Shown: in pieces, positions 1-11,884 of the stretch
Layout of the letters: every line of letters begins with the position of its first letter
How positions within the stretch are numbered: position 1 is the first letter of the stretch
DNA from: Octopus bimaculoides
Lineage: Eukaryota
Reading direction: 5' to 3'
Assembly (NCBI RefSeq): GCF_001194135.2
Contig: NC_068981.1
Coordinates: 112,214,791-112,247,572, forward strand
Length of the DNA stretch: 32,782 nt
Program-made: the position numbers and the translations under genes
The notes under the pieces: generated by a model
Told to the model about the DNA's origin: nothing
The model's database searches: none
What the model saw: the letters and a program-made list of their open reading frames with translations, nothing else

Positions 1-52
<52 letters not shown>
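1..52. repeat. (TA)n(GA)n compound microsatellite
   Basis: Direct reading; merges into the left TIR of the mariner element. Confidence 0.95.
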
Positions 53-1240
53 TGGACTGAAAAGTTAATAGACTGACTATGAAGGAGCATGCATTCATTT
101 CAACTCTTCTTTTCTATTTAGGTAGACTGGCATCTGACTGTTCAAAGAAGACTTCAAAAGTAATTGGTAGCAACTTCTCTTGACAAAATTTTGCTTTGTA
201 GCAAGTACCTTCTGAAGTAGAGTTTAGCCTCCAAAGACATTCATGATGACATAGTAACTACATTAGGGGATGACACTCTAGCTTCTCCCTCCTAAATTTA
301 GCTGAATTTGGGAGGGGAAGGGAGAGTGTTGAACATGACCCAAAGTCTGGATGTCTTGCAAGTGCCACCACTGAGGAAAACATTAATCATGTTCACCACA
401 CAGTGATGGATGACAAGCAGTTGACAAAACATCAAATAGCCAATTCTATAAGCATATCCTGTTGAGAATATTCTGCACAATGGACTTGACATGATGAAAG
501 TTTCTGCTCGGTAAGTGCCACATCTTCTGACACCTGATCAAAAGCATACCAGGCTGATCACATCACAGGAAAATCTGACATTGTTTGAGGCAGATCCAGT
601 TTGTTTCCACCAGGAAGGGTGTTGGGTTCATCACTTTGAGCCAGAAAGAAAGCGACAATCCATGCAGTGGAAAAATCCTTCCTCACCTGCTTCAAAGAAG
701 GCCAAGATTGTTTCATCTGCAAGGAAAGTGATGGCCTTGGTTTGTTAGGATGCAAAAGGCATTGTGTTTATTGACTATCTTCAAAAGAGCCACATCATCA
801 ATGGAGAGTATTATGTAAACTTGCTGAGACAGTTATGAAACCTCCAAGAAAACTGATGAAAGGGGTCTTGTTTCTTCAGGACAAAGCTCCAGTACACAAG
901 TCCTTGGTTTCAGAGGCTGCTGTGTATGACTGTGGCTTTGAACTGGTTGGTCACCCTCCCTGTTCTCCTGTTCTCTTGATTTGGACCCTTCTGACTCATC
1001 TGTTCCCCAACATGAAAAACATTTGGCTGAGAACCAGTATCACAGTGATGATGACATCATATCTGCTACTGATGACTGTTTTGACCAATGGGAAACTTCT
1101 TCACTAATGGGATCTAAGCACTGTAACACACTGGAAGAAAGGTGTAGACCATAAAGGGTCTATGTTGTAAAATCAACTTCATTTGTTCACATTCCATTAG
1201 TGTATCTTTGTGAGCCTATGAACTTTTCAGTCAACCCTCG
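48..1240 (+). mobile_element. Degenerate mariner transposon, copy 1 (irritans/Hsmar2-like)
   Basis: Left TIR GAGAGTGGACTGAAAAGTTAATAGACT matches the reverse complement of right TIR AGCCTATGAACTTTTCAGTCAACCCTCG (1213-1240), followed by TA. Remnants: AEFGRGRESVEHDPKSG, AR*VPHLL (WVPHLL), WVHHFEPERKRQSMQW, LQDKAP, GHPPCSP. Stops and frameshifts throughout. Confidence 0.92.
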
Positions 1241-1815
1241 TAATAGAGAAATCCGAGATTTTTTGTTTGTGAAATATTTTATCACATTGATATATGATTC
1301 TTTTTATACTTTCTCATCTGCCTTTCTTTCATATATCTCAAGTTAGAAATATTGCATATTAATTTTGGACAAAAACTGTTTCAACACTTGGTTTCACATT
1401 GAAAGTGCTATGAACCAAATACAGATACAAAATACTGTATTTTACTACATCTTATTTTACACATACCTATTTTGCACATACCTATTACAAACTCTCTCAA
1501 CTTTTGTTAAATGTCAAGTTAAGTTAATGATCCAGTCTTGAGTTACACATGAATAATTATTTATATTTATATTAAATGTTGATTATACCACCACTATCAC
1601 TTAGCACTACCACCAGTAGTAATATGTCTATGTTTTAACTGATTACGATGAGTTATTTTTGTTTATATAAATTATTTTTTCGTTGTTGCTATTCACCATT
1701 AAAAGTGACCATATGGTTCCTCCTTCATATAATTATTTAAAAAGCTAAATTCAAGACAAACAGAAGCTGCTGTATTTATTATTGTTGGTTCTATATAGGT
1801 TAATTTCTCTTGTAG

Positions 1816-2003
1816 CTATCTGGTGCATTAGTACGAGGCTGTGTACATCATATGAACCACTTGAACCTCTCCCGGAACCCTTTCAGTCTAAGGAAAACAA
1901 AAGAAGCTACAGTTCCTCAGTCATGGAAACAACTATTCTCAAGTTTCTTCCAGCTGTTTCACCTGGACCTTTCAAATTGCAAACTCCCCATAGAAGCAGT
2001 GAG
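1816..2003 (+). CDS. CARMIL: Coding exon of CARMIL (LRRC16A-like F-actin-uncapping protein), LRR region
   Basis: Acceptor TTTCTCTTGTAG|C and donor AG|GTAAGT. Translates LSGALVRGCVHHMNHLNLSRNPFSLRKTKEATVPQSWKQLFSSFFQLFHLDLSNCKLPIEAV(R). This parallels human CARMIL1 as recalled (GALLRGC..LNLSR..RKGKEVPPSFKQFFSS..INLSGTKL..LKALLLG). The frame differs from the listed ORF 1782-2036. Confidence 0.92.
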
Positions 2004-2692
2004 GTAAGTTGTAATATCCACTCGTGTGGATTGTAAATAATGCTGGAAAGCAACTGGGTATTGAAGGTATTGGTCAGCTTGTACAAAAAATTATTATTAT
2101 TTGAGAAAAAAAATAGGAAAATTATTTTTAAAAATGTATGAATCATATGTATGAATGTTCAAAGCATACTGAATATTTGAAAAAATTGTATTTCAATTAA
2201 TTCACTCACTCAACAGAAAGACACTGCTAACTTTCAACCACTTTTTGCATGGTGTATGATTTTTATATAAATTTTGTGTTGATAAGTATACAATACTTTT
2301 TTGTTTATTGAGAAGTATAGTAATAGGCATTACAGTTTTATAAAAAAGCTCAACGCTAAATATATTATGTTGACATATACATATCTCTTCAACTTAGCAT
2401 AGACACCTATATCTTCTAACAACTATATCTCATCCTGCATTGAAAACACTTTTCTCACCTTACCTTTTCTGAAGTCATTATTCTTCTTGATTTTTGTGCA
2501 CTCAACTTGTAGCTCTCTCACTTCTCTCATACAAGTTCTGCTTCATAGAGGTTAAAATTTTGTCCTCTCAAAGTGTCTTCACTCATTTACCTGATTGTTA
2601 AAGAAACAGTTCAAGCATACTTAAGACCTCTTGTTGGTTTTCAGTCTAACTATGAAAAACATTTCTGGCCAAGGGAACAGGTAATGATTGAT

Positions 2693-2777
2693 GATAGGAA
2701 TGGCATTTGGCTGTAGAACATTTGCCTCACAAAATTCCATCTGATCCATACATGCATGGAAAAGTAGACATGAAAAC
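2693..2777 (+). mobile_element. Eroded RTE-type 3' tail (SINE or LINE end)
   Basis: GATAGGAATGGCATTTGGCTGTAGAA and CATGCATGGAAAAGTAGACATGAAA resemble the RTE tails at 21531-21660 and 27450-27562. Confidence 0.4.
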
Positions 2778-2892
2778 AATGGCACCAACAGTTGATTGAT
2801 TACTGAGCATTCATAATACCAAGTAATGCCCAGGTTCTTTTAGCCCATACTCTAACATGCTTTTATTTTTGTCATCCATGCAGCCACATAGT

Positions 2893-2952
2893 TATTCTTT
2901 TATTACTTGTTTCAGTCATTTGACTCCAGCCATGCTGGAGCGCCACCTTTAG
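2893..2952 (-). mobile_element. 3' tail fragment of the tRNA-derived SINE
   Basis: TTGTTTCAGTCATTTGACTCCAGCCATGCTGGAGCGCCACCTTTAGT is nearly identical to 15369-15414. Confidence 0.8.
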
Positions 2953-3536
2953 TTACTCTAACTTTTCAGTAACTATTTTGTTTTACTACTCATTAAGGGC
3001 TTGTTCTTCATTCTCAGCTTTGATGCTCCTTTCTCACATCTATCATAGCCATGATGAAGTATTTCTACTTCAATTCTCCTGCTCAAGAATCGCTGCTCTG
3101 CCATCCTTCCTAATTCCAATGCCTACTAAGTAAGCTTTAGTAGATCTGATTACAAACACACAATATTGCCTGTTATGGGAAGCACCATACACTGCCATTG
3201 ACATAATTTACACAATTCCCTTATGTCCTTCTTATTTTGGGTTCTTTGTTTCATATACCCATTCCATATTACTTTTCCAAGACACTATCAAATACATCAG
3301 AACTTATTTGTCAAATCATACCATGCTGTAAAGTCATTGCATTACTCCCTAATTGCAAGTGTTTTCTTAATAATTGTAAGATTGTTTTGAAATATGAATG
3401 AATATTTTCTTGAAAATTCATATGCACCTTTTAGTCATTTGCACCATGTAGCAGTTTACATATCAGCTTTGATTCTTTATTCTCCCATGTTAAACTTTCT
3501 CACTTTCCTTATGGAAAATAATAGGTGCAATCTTAG

Positions 3537-4812
3537 TGTTGTGGTGAAATCCTGACACCCCTGTGGGATAGCAAGTGAACTGTCTTAAACATTATAAAGG
3601 CGCATGCATACTGAAGGTGCGATGTACAGTGTGGTGTGTGCAGTCACATTTGTAAAAACAGTCTTAGAAGCTGTTGAGAAGAGATATAAGTTTGTTACAT
3701 GTTTGTTACTGATTTAGTTTTTGTAGTGTTATAACACTGTTACAGTTTTGTCTATATCCAAACTCAAGGTTATAAGAGTGGTGGCAAGATATTTGAAACT
3801 CACTGTGGACATTCTTTGCAGGGAAGACCTATTAGCTTCCATGGTACAGTTGCAATGGAAACTACAACAACAGAAACAGCAGCAACAGTTGTTGCTATTG
3901 TAGTTGAGGCAACTACAACAGCAACAATAAGAACAACAGAAACAGCAACAACAACATCAACTGTTGTTGGAATTATTGTTGGAGTCCAAAATCATTTCAG
4001 GTTCATTTTCGGCTGATGGAGTTGCTAATTCAGCTGAAGAATTTACTTATAATCCAGAAGAAGGAATTACGTTTTCTGCATACTTCAGAAGGTATAAAGA
4101 AATTTTCAAATAAGAATGTAGAAACTGGATAGATGAAAAAAAGGTATGACTTCTTTTAAGGAAATTGTTACCCACAGAACATGAAAAGTATTATAATTAC
4201 ATCCTGCTGAGAAAACCATCCGAAATTTGTTTCTAGGAAACAATTAACCTGTTATCTAAAATATTCTGTGAAAGAAATTCACTATTTAATATTCGCTGGG
4301 GTGCTTGAATTTGAAAAAAAAAAAGAAACTGAAGATTTCGTCACATATGCCAGAATCGTAAACAGAGAATGTGAAAAATTTAAACTCAATGAATTAACCC
4401 CAGACATGTTCAAATGTGTAATCTTTGTACAAGGATTAACTGAAAGCAAGGATGCGGAGATACAAAACTAGAACAGGAGTTGAAACTTACTCTACAGGCA
4501 GTGACTGAAGAATACCAAAGGATTATAAATTTATGACAAGATGCAGAAGAAAATTGAAAAAGATAATTCAAATATATATACATGTCGACCTGTAACAGAT
4601 AAAAAAAAAAGAAAAACAGCAGTCAAGATCCAAACCATGCTATGGGTATGGAGAAATACATTTTAAAAGAAACTGTCCTTTTAAAAATCTAAAATGTTTT
4701 GGATATGGAAAAATCAGACACAAGAATTCATATTGTTGGGTGAAACAAAAGGTTGAACGAAAAAATTTCGAGAAACAAGTATTGTCAACACAAATGCAAA
4801 GCAAGGCACAAA
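3537..4812 (+). mobile_element. Gypsy LTR retrotransposon relic: 5' LTR (3537-3777), PBS and decayed gag
   Basis: LTR starts TGTTGTG and ends TATAAGA (CA mutated); GTGGTGGCAAG PBS-like site follows. Gag reads polyQ, EFTYNPEEGITFSAYFRRY, EDFVTYARIVNRECEKF..FKCVIFVQGL, then two decayed CCHC knuckles (KPCYGYGEIHFKRNC; KCFGYGKIRHKNSYC), typical of Mag/K02A2.6-like Gypsy. Confidence 0.8.
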
Positions 4813-5190
4813 CTTCCTAGTTAACCTTCCTTTGATATTGCTGCACATCTTATGTGTCCATGGCTTGCACTGGGTACATCTTATAGAGTTTCTACCTATG
4901 CCTTTTCTACAGATCGAGCAAGGCCATCTACCTGAAGGGGTTTGTGGTTTGTCTACCTTCCTACTTATTAGGACTTTTTTTTTAGCTAGGTTGACTCTAA
5001 GGCCCTTCGATTCTAGTCCTTGCTTCCACACCTGAAACTTATCCTCTAGTTCTGATAGTGACTCAGCAATTAGTGCAAGGTCATCAGCATAGAGGAGCTC
5101 CCAGGGGCATCCTGTTTTGAATTCCTCTGTTATCGCCTGGAGTACCATGATAAATAGGAGGGGGCTGAGGACTGAACCTTGGACTCCTAC
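4813..5190 (-). mobile_element. RTE-clade LINE fragment (RT core plus PHD-like finger)
   Basis: GSVLSPLLFIMVLQAITEEFKTGCPWELLYADDL..GLRVNLAK..WPCSICRKGIGRNSIRCTQCKPWTHKMC (ORF 4714-5148). Confidence 0.9.
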
Positions 5191-5244
5191 CTCTACATAT
5201 ATATCTATATTTCCTCATATATATAATATATATATATTATTTCC

Positions 5245-5445
5245 TCATCATTATTTTTATATATTTTACATGCTAACATGGGGTGGATAGGTTGTCACAA
5301 CCTGATTCAGTTCTTATTTGAAGTTACCGTCATGTAGATTGGGTTGAAGGACCAAGTGTTGCTTGCTCATTCCCCTTTCTGGCATGGTTTCTACTGCTTG
5401 ATACTCTTTCTTACACCAACCACTTTACAGGGTGTACTGGGTGCA
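5245..5445 (-). mobile_element. Eroded RTE-tail SINE or LINE 3' end
   Basis: TTTTACATGCTAACATGGGG and GGTTTCTACTGCTTGATACTCTTTCTTACACCAACCACT resemble 21555-21665. Confidence 0.55.
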
Positions 5446-5449
5446 CCAG

Positions 5450-6560
5450 GTAAAGCCTACTCTGAGTCAAGGATTTATATGTATGGGCAGAAACTGCGAA
5501 TTGTGGATACATTTGTGTATTTAGGCAGTAGTGTGACTATGACCCCCTTGATGATGAAATCTCATTTCAAATCAAGAAAGGCAGTGATACATTCAGAAAA
5601 CTGGATAGACATGGCCTCAGCATGGAATTTCAGTCGAGACAAAGTTGAAGGTCTACTATTTGTCTTCATTACTATATGCATGTGAGGCCTAGGTTACTTA
5701 CCAGTGACATATGAAAAGGCTGTAGTGATTTCACCAAGTGTTTCTGTCATATACCAGGTATCCAATGGTGATTGTAGTTTACTGTTCCATTGTAGGTAGG
5801 ATCAACAAAAAAGTACTCCATCCAGTGAGAAAGAAATATCATTTAATATACATTGTATTTAAAAATGAGCTACTTACAGTTTCATGCCTTGGAAACAATA
5901 ATTCAGCAGATTTATTTAACATGCCTTGTATCTCCAAGCAATCTTTCAGGCTCAATACACATAGTTGTTTTGTGTTTCAAATAAGACCAGTCATATGTAT
6001 TGAGTCTGAAAGATTGCTTGACACAAGGCACATTATATATAAATCTGCTGAATTATTTTTTCCATAATATTTATATACTGTGTATGTAAAATGACAATGG
6101 TAAATGTATGTATGCGATGTTGAAGTCCTCTGACACATTCAGTCTACCAGTATATATAGTCTCTAGTACAGCATTGGTTATAATGGAGTGATTATGTAGT
6201 CAGGATGAAAAATGATCAGATCTCTAAGCAATTTCTATAATGTGAATTATCCAAGAGTTAAAGACCATTGCACAAACTGAAATTAAGATATAAGGACTAC
6301 ATCAAACATATACTGGAGAAGGTAAGACTCTTGGAAAACGGATGGAAAAACTGCTTTAAATCATTCATTGTGGAAGAAAGCAGTGCAAGATGTAAGGATG
6401 AAATTCAGACAAAATCATATCAAGCATGAACAGCTTAAGAAAAATTTTCATAAGTGCCTCGGTGTAAATTTGCTTGAGTATGTTGGTGCAGAGCCAAGTC
6501 TAACATGTAACGAGTGTGGGTGTGTTTAAATAAAGCAGACTTTAGAAGTCATCAGAGGAT
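5450..6560 (+). mobile_element. Interrupted RTE (BovB-like) LINE 3' remnant
   Basis: GQKLRIVDTFVYLGSSV..LDDEISFQIKKGSDTFRKL (5450-5610); W..YVVRMKNDQISKQFL.CEL..RP..KLRYKDYIKHIL and a terminal C2H2-like TCNECG..SHQR (6150-6560). Confidence 0.6.
5890..6064. repeat. Fold-back (MITE-like) hairpin, about 72-bp arms and 30-nt loop
   Basis: The left arm GGAAACAATAATTCAGCAGATTTAT..CAAGCAATCTTTCAGGCTCAATACACAT is the near reverse complement of 5993-6063. Confidence 0.85.
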
Positions 6561-6619
6561 TAAAAACACACACTCTCAGAGGGAGAGAGAAGAAAGTTGT
6601 TTACTATGAATTATACCAC

Positions 6620-6800
6620 ATCTCTACTTTAAGAGAGTGTTAAAGAAATGAGAATCATGAACTGAAACATGATTTGAAGGTTCACCAACACAATATTGTG
6701 ACATCTCCTGCATGAAGTGCTCATCATTGCCACATTTGTAGAAAAGAATGTAAGTCTGTGGCAAGACTGAAAAGCCACATCTGTGTTGTTCATGTTCAAG
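6620..6800 (-). mobile_element. Possible decayed Penelope-like GIY-YIG remnant
   Basis: LTFFSTNVA..SCRRCHN followed by frameshifted YCVGEP resembles FTC.STNVVY.I.C.RC..YVGET. Weak. Confidence 0.3.
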
Positions 6801-7399
6801 AGAACAATCAAGTAATGGCATTACTCAAAAGTAATGCATTGTATATGTATGTGTGGATGTGGATGAGTGCATCAGTACATGTATATATGCATGTTTGTTC
6901 GTTTTCTTCTTTTCTGTTTTTAATGATTTTGAGTCTCCCTGGAAGGAAAGAGCTGGTTTTTGACAAAGATACAGAGCTTCATCATTGGAATGTAGATAAA
7001 AACAAAGTTACGTTTCAAACTTGAGAAAAGTCTTGCATTATTTTTCTGTTCTGTAATGTTTGTGTCAGCTGGTTGATTTCTTTTTCTGAAAACTCTACCT
7101 TTTCCAATTGTTAAAAAAAACCAAGTGCACCAATTATTGTTGATGGAAATGTGAATTAATTATCTGAGTATAGAAGCTGAAGTTTTAAAGCAGTTGCCCA
7201 TAGTTATCCTCTTTGATTTTTTTAAAGAGATATTCATATCAACAAGGAAGGTGATCTCTATGGAGAGTACATACTTTTTCTTGTTTGTCTAAAACAATGG
7301 TATCCAACCTTTTATGTTTGCACTTAGTAAAAGTGTTTATGGGAATGTTCCATCAATATTCCTTGTATTGATGTTTATGTATGTATTCAATAACAGGGG

Positions 7400-8190
7400 G
7401 ACTCTCACCAGGACAGTCACTATTGGAGTGGAATTTTAAATTGCTTTAGCAACAGCATCATATCACATTGGAGTGGGGGTTAATACTTTGATGACATTTC
7501 TGTGATATCTTGCACAGCAATATGACACAAGCACAGTTAAGACACATGATTGATAGATCTTAACTTTAGGTGCTGTTTTGATGTCTGATTGCAACCAGAG
7601 CCTCAATTCAAGCTATCCAAATATATCATGGGGTTTAGAAAGTCTATAATGGTCCTCCTCACCAAGTGTATTAAATCTAGATAGTGTGCTACCAAGATAG
7701 ACAAATGTAAACACAACTTCTATCGTTATACCCTTGATATGTATGATAGGATATATGACTTGCTTGGTGGTTGTATCATGACTACATTTTTCTTAAGAGA
7801 ATGTAAGCCAAGCACAACACATACAACTGAAAAGCAGTCCATCTGGAGCTGCAGTTCTTCTTCAGTGTGGGTTACAATATTGCAGTCATCAGCCTGAAGG
7901 AGATCATAAATGAGAGCCATGGAAGTTTTCATTACTGCAGGAAAACAACAGACACTGAAAAACTTTCCTGCTGCATGGTAATTGATGTAGACACCAGCAT
8001 CACTATGCACAAAAGCTTGCAAGATAACAATAGCAGAGAAGATGACAAGCAAAATAGGAGCCAGGAGGTCACCCTATTTAACACCAGATTCAACTGAGAC
8101 ACAAACCCATGCTTTGATGTTGTCATGAAGAAATCAAAATAAGCCCTGTGAACTTTTCTAGACACTCCAACTTGAGAAGGACATCTCAAA
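7400..8190 (-). mobile_element. RTE (BovB-like) RT core fragment
   Basis: AFVHSDAGVYINYHAAGKFFSV..LIYDLLQADDCNIVTHTEEELQLQMDCFS..VMIQPP, then FTFVYLGSTLSR and KVKIYQSCVLTVL. Confidence 0.8.
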
Positions 8191-8224
8191 GAGTTAGGCT
8201 ACATACTTTGTCAAAGGTTTTCGT

Positions 8225-8780
8225 ATTATTGATGAAACACTGATAGATAATCAATGTCTTGAGTGATTTCACCAGTTATGCTTGCATAATGTCCTTATCT
8301 CGTGGCAATTTCATGTGCCTGAACAAGGGTAGTGCAGCTGTCAAAAACGATGAATATCTACTCCATAATTATAAAATACCAAATTACATAGTCTTGTTAT
8401 CCTATCCATTTAGAGGACATCTACATGCCAAAATATGTGGTTTATGGTGAGCTGGAGCAAGGAAAATATCCCCAGTGCAAACCATGAAAGCATTTGAAAG
8501 ACAGTCTTCAGGACACACTTACAAAGATCAATATCAACATTGACATCTGAGAAGGTCTTGCATCTGATAGGAAGCTGTATAGGAATCTTATTGCCACTGG
8601 TGTTAAAGAAATTGAGAGCAACAGAGTTGCATACACTGACTTTAAATGTACTGATAAATATATGGAGGATATGAACTCTCACTGAGAAGGGCATGAAAGA
8701 GTGTCTTTCATGTAATCAGTGTGATCATGTCAGCTTCTCAAAGACTGGCCTACTTAGTCACAAGTGTTGCCATGGAGATG
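8225..8780 (+). mobile_element. RTE (BovB-like) C-terminal fragment
   Basis: LE*FHQLCLHNVLISWQ..MPKYVVYGELEQGK..KHLKDSL..LASDR and C2H2-like SCNQCDHVSFSKTGLLSHK. Confidence 0.75.
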
Positions 8781-8799
8781 CCCAATCTACCGATGTGAT

Positions 8800-9066
8800 A
8801 TCCATCATGTTATCTCATGTAGCAGAGTGTATGGATTGGCCAGTGAACTATTTCCCAATGTTCATATGGTCAGGTTGTTGCTGGAAGGCTGACTTATGGT
8901 CAGTGTGAGGTCTTAGGAGCCAAATGTGATGACATCAGTGATTGGGAGACCAAACTTAAGATGTTTATTAGACTGAAATGGGTTTAAGAAGCTGTCTTAC
9001 TTGGTTACAAGTCAACTTACACTATGTATGCAGCTGTCCAGCTGTCAAATGATGATGATGATGATG
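8800..9066 (+). mobile_element. Eroded RTE-type 3' end with (ATG)n tail
   Basis: SHVAECMDW..W and a GRP..RW.DDI-like trace, ending in ATGATGATGATGATG. Confidence 0.4.
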
Positions 9067-9654
9067 TTGATTTTATTGAAACAACTAAGTGGTGTTTGCT
9101 ATGACACTACTGTGATGAGATTGCAATAAGATAACTTCATGATGGTTGTAATGATGGACTAATGATACAACCAATGGTTGTAGAGACTTTGGTACTTGTT
9201 GAAATGATATATTTCAGAAGTGCTTGTAATGGAACTCCTCAATACTGAAAAATCTTGTTCAGTCTCTTGTACTTTTGCTCTGGAGTCTCAGCTGAAAACC
9301 TATTCTTGTGCTTGAGAAATCCTGGTCAGTCTCTTCTACCTAGTTAAATCAAATTCCTTTCATCTTCATTGAAATTAATATCTAGGTATTTTGTTAGTCT
9401 ACAAATCTCTTATACTTGGATCCATATACTCTTCCCTTCCTTTTCTGTTATGCATTTGCTACCAATCATTCAGACTTGGTTGCATACATTACAGGTAGCA
9501 CACATATGGTTAATGGAAAATCTATTTTGAAGATGAAAATATTAAATGTAACAAACTTTATTATCGGGGTATGATATAAAAGCACATGGGAAACATTCCA
9601 TTGAGTTGAATACTTTCATTATTTAGTGTAGATCTCACCAAAAATATAAACATA

Positions 9655-10565
9655 TCAGGGTGGGCTGAAAAGTTCAAAGGCTGACTATGAAACTGATGCT
9701 AGAACTGTGAAATCCTGCATGCATTCATGTCAGTTCTTCTTATTAATAACTAAATTCTTTCTTACCAGGTAAACTGACATGTGACTGTTCAAAGATTTTA
9801 AAAGTAACTTGTAGTGATTTGTCTTGGAAAAGGACAAGATTTGACATCATGATGTTTATCAAATATCGTAGAAAAAGAGCTGATCACATCATGAGAAAAA
9901 TCTGACATTACTTGAGGCAATTCCAGCTGGTTTCCCAAATTTTTTCTAACCCAGGAAGAGTATTGGGTTCATCACTTTGAGCCAGAAACAATCCATGCAG
10001 TGGAAACATCCCTCCTCACTTGCTTCAAAGAAGACTAAGGTCTTTTTATCTGCAGGGAAGGTGATGGCCTCAGTTTTTTAGGCTGCAAAAGGCATTGTGT
10101 TTATTGACTACATTCAAAAGGACCACACCATCAATAGAGAATACTATGCCAACTTCCTGAGGAAGTTATAAAAAAAGGTTATGGAGACCAAATGCCCAGG
10201 AAAACTGACAAAAGGAGTCTTTATTTCATCAGTACATAAGTCTTTGGTTTCAAAGGCTGTTGTTCACGATTGTGACTTTGAACTAGTTGATCGCCCTCTC
10301 AATTCCCCTGATTTTTCCCAATCTGATTGTCATCTGTGTCCCAGCATGGGAAAACACTTGGCTGGGAACCAATATCACAGTGATGATGATGTCATATCTG
10401 CTATTGATGACTGTTTTGACCAACAAGATAAAAGCTTCTTCACTAATGGGATCCAAGCACTGCAAGACTGATGAAAGAAGTGTGTGGAATGTAAGAGGGA
10501 CTATGTTGAAAAATAAACCTCATTTGGTCACATTCCAGGAGAATATCTTGATCAGCCATCCCTCA
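9655..10565 (+). mobile_element. Degenerate mariner, copy 2 (same family as copy 1, internally deleted)
   Basis: TA then left TIR TCAGGGTGGGCTGAAAAGTTCAAAGGCT; partial right TIR TCAGCCATCCCTCA then TA. WVHHFEPET..MQWKHPSS and KLTKGV..VHKSLVSKAVVHDCDFELVDRPLNSPDFS..CHL. Lacks much of the N-terminal HTH region present in copy 1. Confidence 0.9.
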
Positions 10566-10599
10566 TACATACACACACACATATGGTATTTTTCTTTCT

Positions 10600-11490
10600 C
10601 TTTATTGTTTTAATTTAGGATAAATTTCAACCAGCCACCTGCTTGGTTGCAAGGTTGTGAAAGAAAGCATCTTGTTTTATTCATCATCCTTTAAATGTTA
10701 AAAAGGTCTTGCAGATTTTTATAGTCCCAGATATTGTGATCATTTGTCATATATGAATTAAGGATTTTCACTCTCTCCACAAGGTCCCAAGTTCTGCCAT
10801 ACTTTGCATCAGACGGGTTGGTATGTATCCTGTTGCTCCAATAATGATAAATATGAAGCTGAAAGAGTATCATGGGTACTGGATTTGAAAACTTCTTATC
10901 AATGGCTCGTAGATGTCCTCATTCTCTTGTATCTTTCTAACTGCATTCATGTCCAGAGAGTAGCTGATTTCCACTACAGAACATATCTTTTCCTTGTGGT
11001 CCCTCACAACATTACCTGGGTAGTTGTGTTTTAACTTGGTGGCTGCTTTAATTTTTAAGTTCCACCAATATTCTTTTGACCAACTTCATATCTAGGTTTT
11101 CTTTTTTGTTATCCTGTTCCAGACTGTTCTGACCAGTGCATCATGGCTTATGAGAAGATGGATAATATCTGGAGGACAGTCTCTCACAGTTGGCAAAAAT
11201 GTAGTTGTTGTCTTCGTCCTGATCTTGCACATCCTATATTTGTTGTCAGTCAGCATTTTCTGTTTTTTATGCTGTAGGTACTAAGCAGGAATCTCTTGTT
11301 TTTGAATTGCATGGAGGTATCCTTCAAAGTGGGATGTCATAAACTTGTTGGTACTCCATACCAAGTTTTGAATTGATCAATCCCATCTATGGTTTGTGTT
11401 TTTTTGTGCCAAATACCCATGTGCAATCTTCTCAGTAAACTGGTGCAGTTTTTTTATCTTGTTTTTCTAATAAATAAATTTTACCACTGC
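10600..11490 (-). mobile_element. 3' part of an R4/Dong-like non-LTR retrotransposon (zinc knuckle plus restriction-like endonuclease)
   Basis: WSTNKFMTSHFEGYLHAIQKQEI, decayed CCHC (RMCK..EDNNYIFANC), WWNLKIKAATKLKHNYPGNVV (HNRPD-like), SVVEIS, IIIGATGYIPTRL, ISGTIKICKTFL. Confidence 0.72.
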
Positions 11491-11884
11491 TCCTTTGGGA
11501 GAGGTCTGTAATAGCTCATATTTCATACTTCTCTTTAAGTTCTTTAGCTATCTTAATTCTGTTGTTGATTTCGTTGTCACAAACTTGGGTGAGATAATGA
11601 CTGGTTTCTTTCCTCAGCTGCAGATGTTGTTTTGGTGTATTCTGAGCACATGGTCTATTCAGTTTGCAAATCAGGATGCTAGTACAAGAGAAATCACAAG
11701 AAAAAATGACAAGTTAGATGCAAAAATTTGAAGGGTGAATAAAAATGGAGAAGAAAGAAAAGAAAGAAAATTAGAGCTATGTCCCCTTTGACTATAAAGC
11801 CATAATTAAGTTAATTGTTATAGAATAAAACAATTCCACTGGTCCAAAGTCTGGCTCAATCAGGAGAGGGAGCGTCCTTCAGTT

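Noticed and set aside
1782-2036. Listed 84-aa ORF as the gene product
   Set aside because: Wrong frame; the real exon starts in the frame of 1816 and has canonical splice sites.
3000-3480. Very old LINE endonuclease trace on the minus strand
   Set aside because: Only faint motif similarity; not supportable without an HMM search.
3816-4016. Thr/Ala-rich ORF as a mucin-like protein
   Set aside because: It is a shifted frame of the gag CAA/CAG polyQ tract.
7005-7035. GAAACGUA motif on the minus strand as a functional hammerhead
   Set aside because: The upstream core reads AUGCAAGA rather than CUGANGA; at most a fossil.
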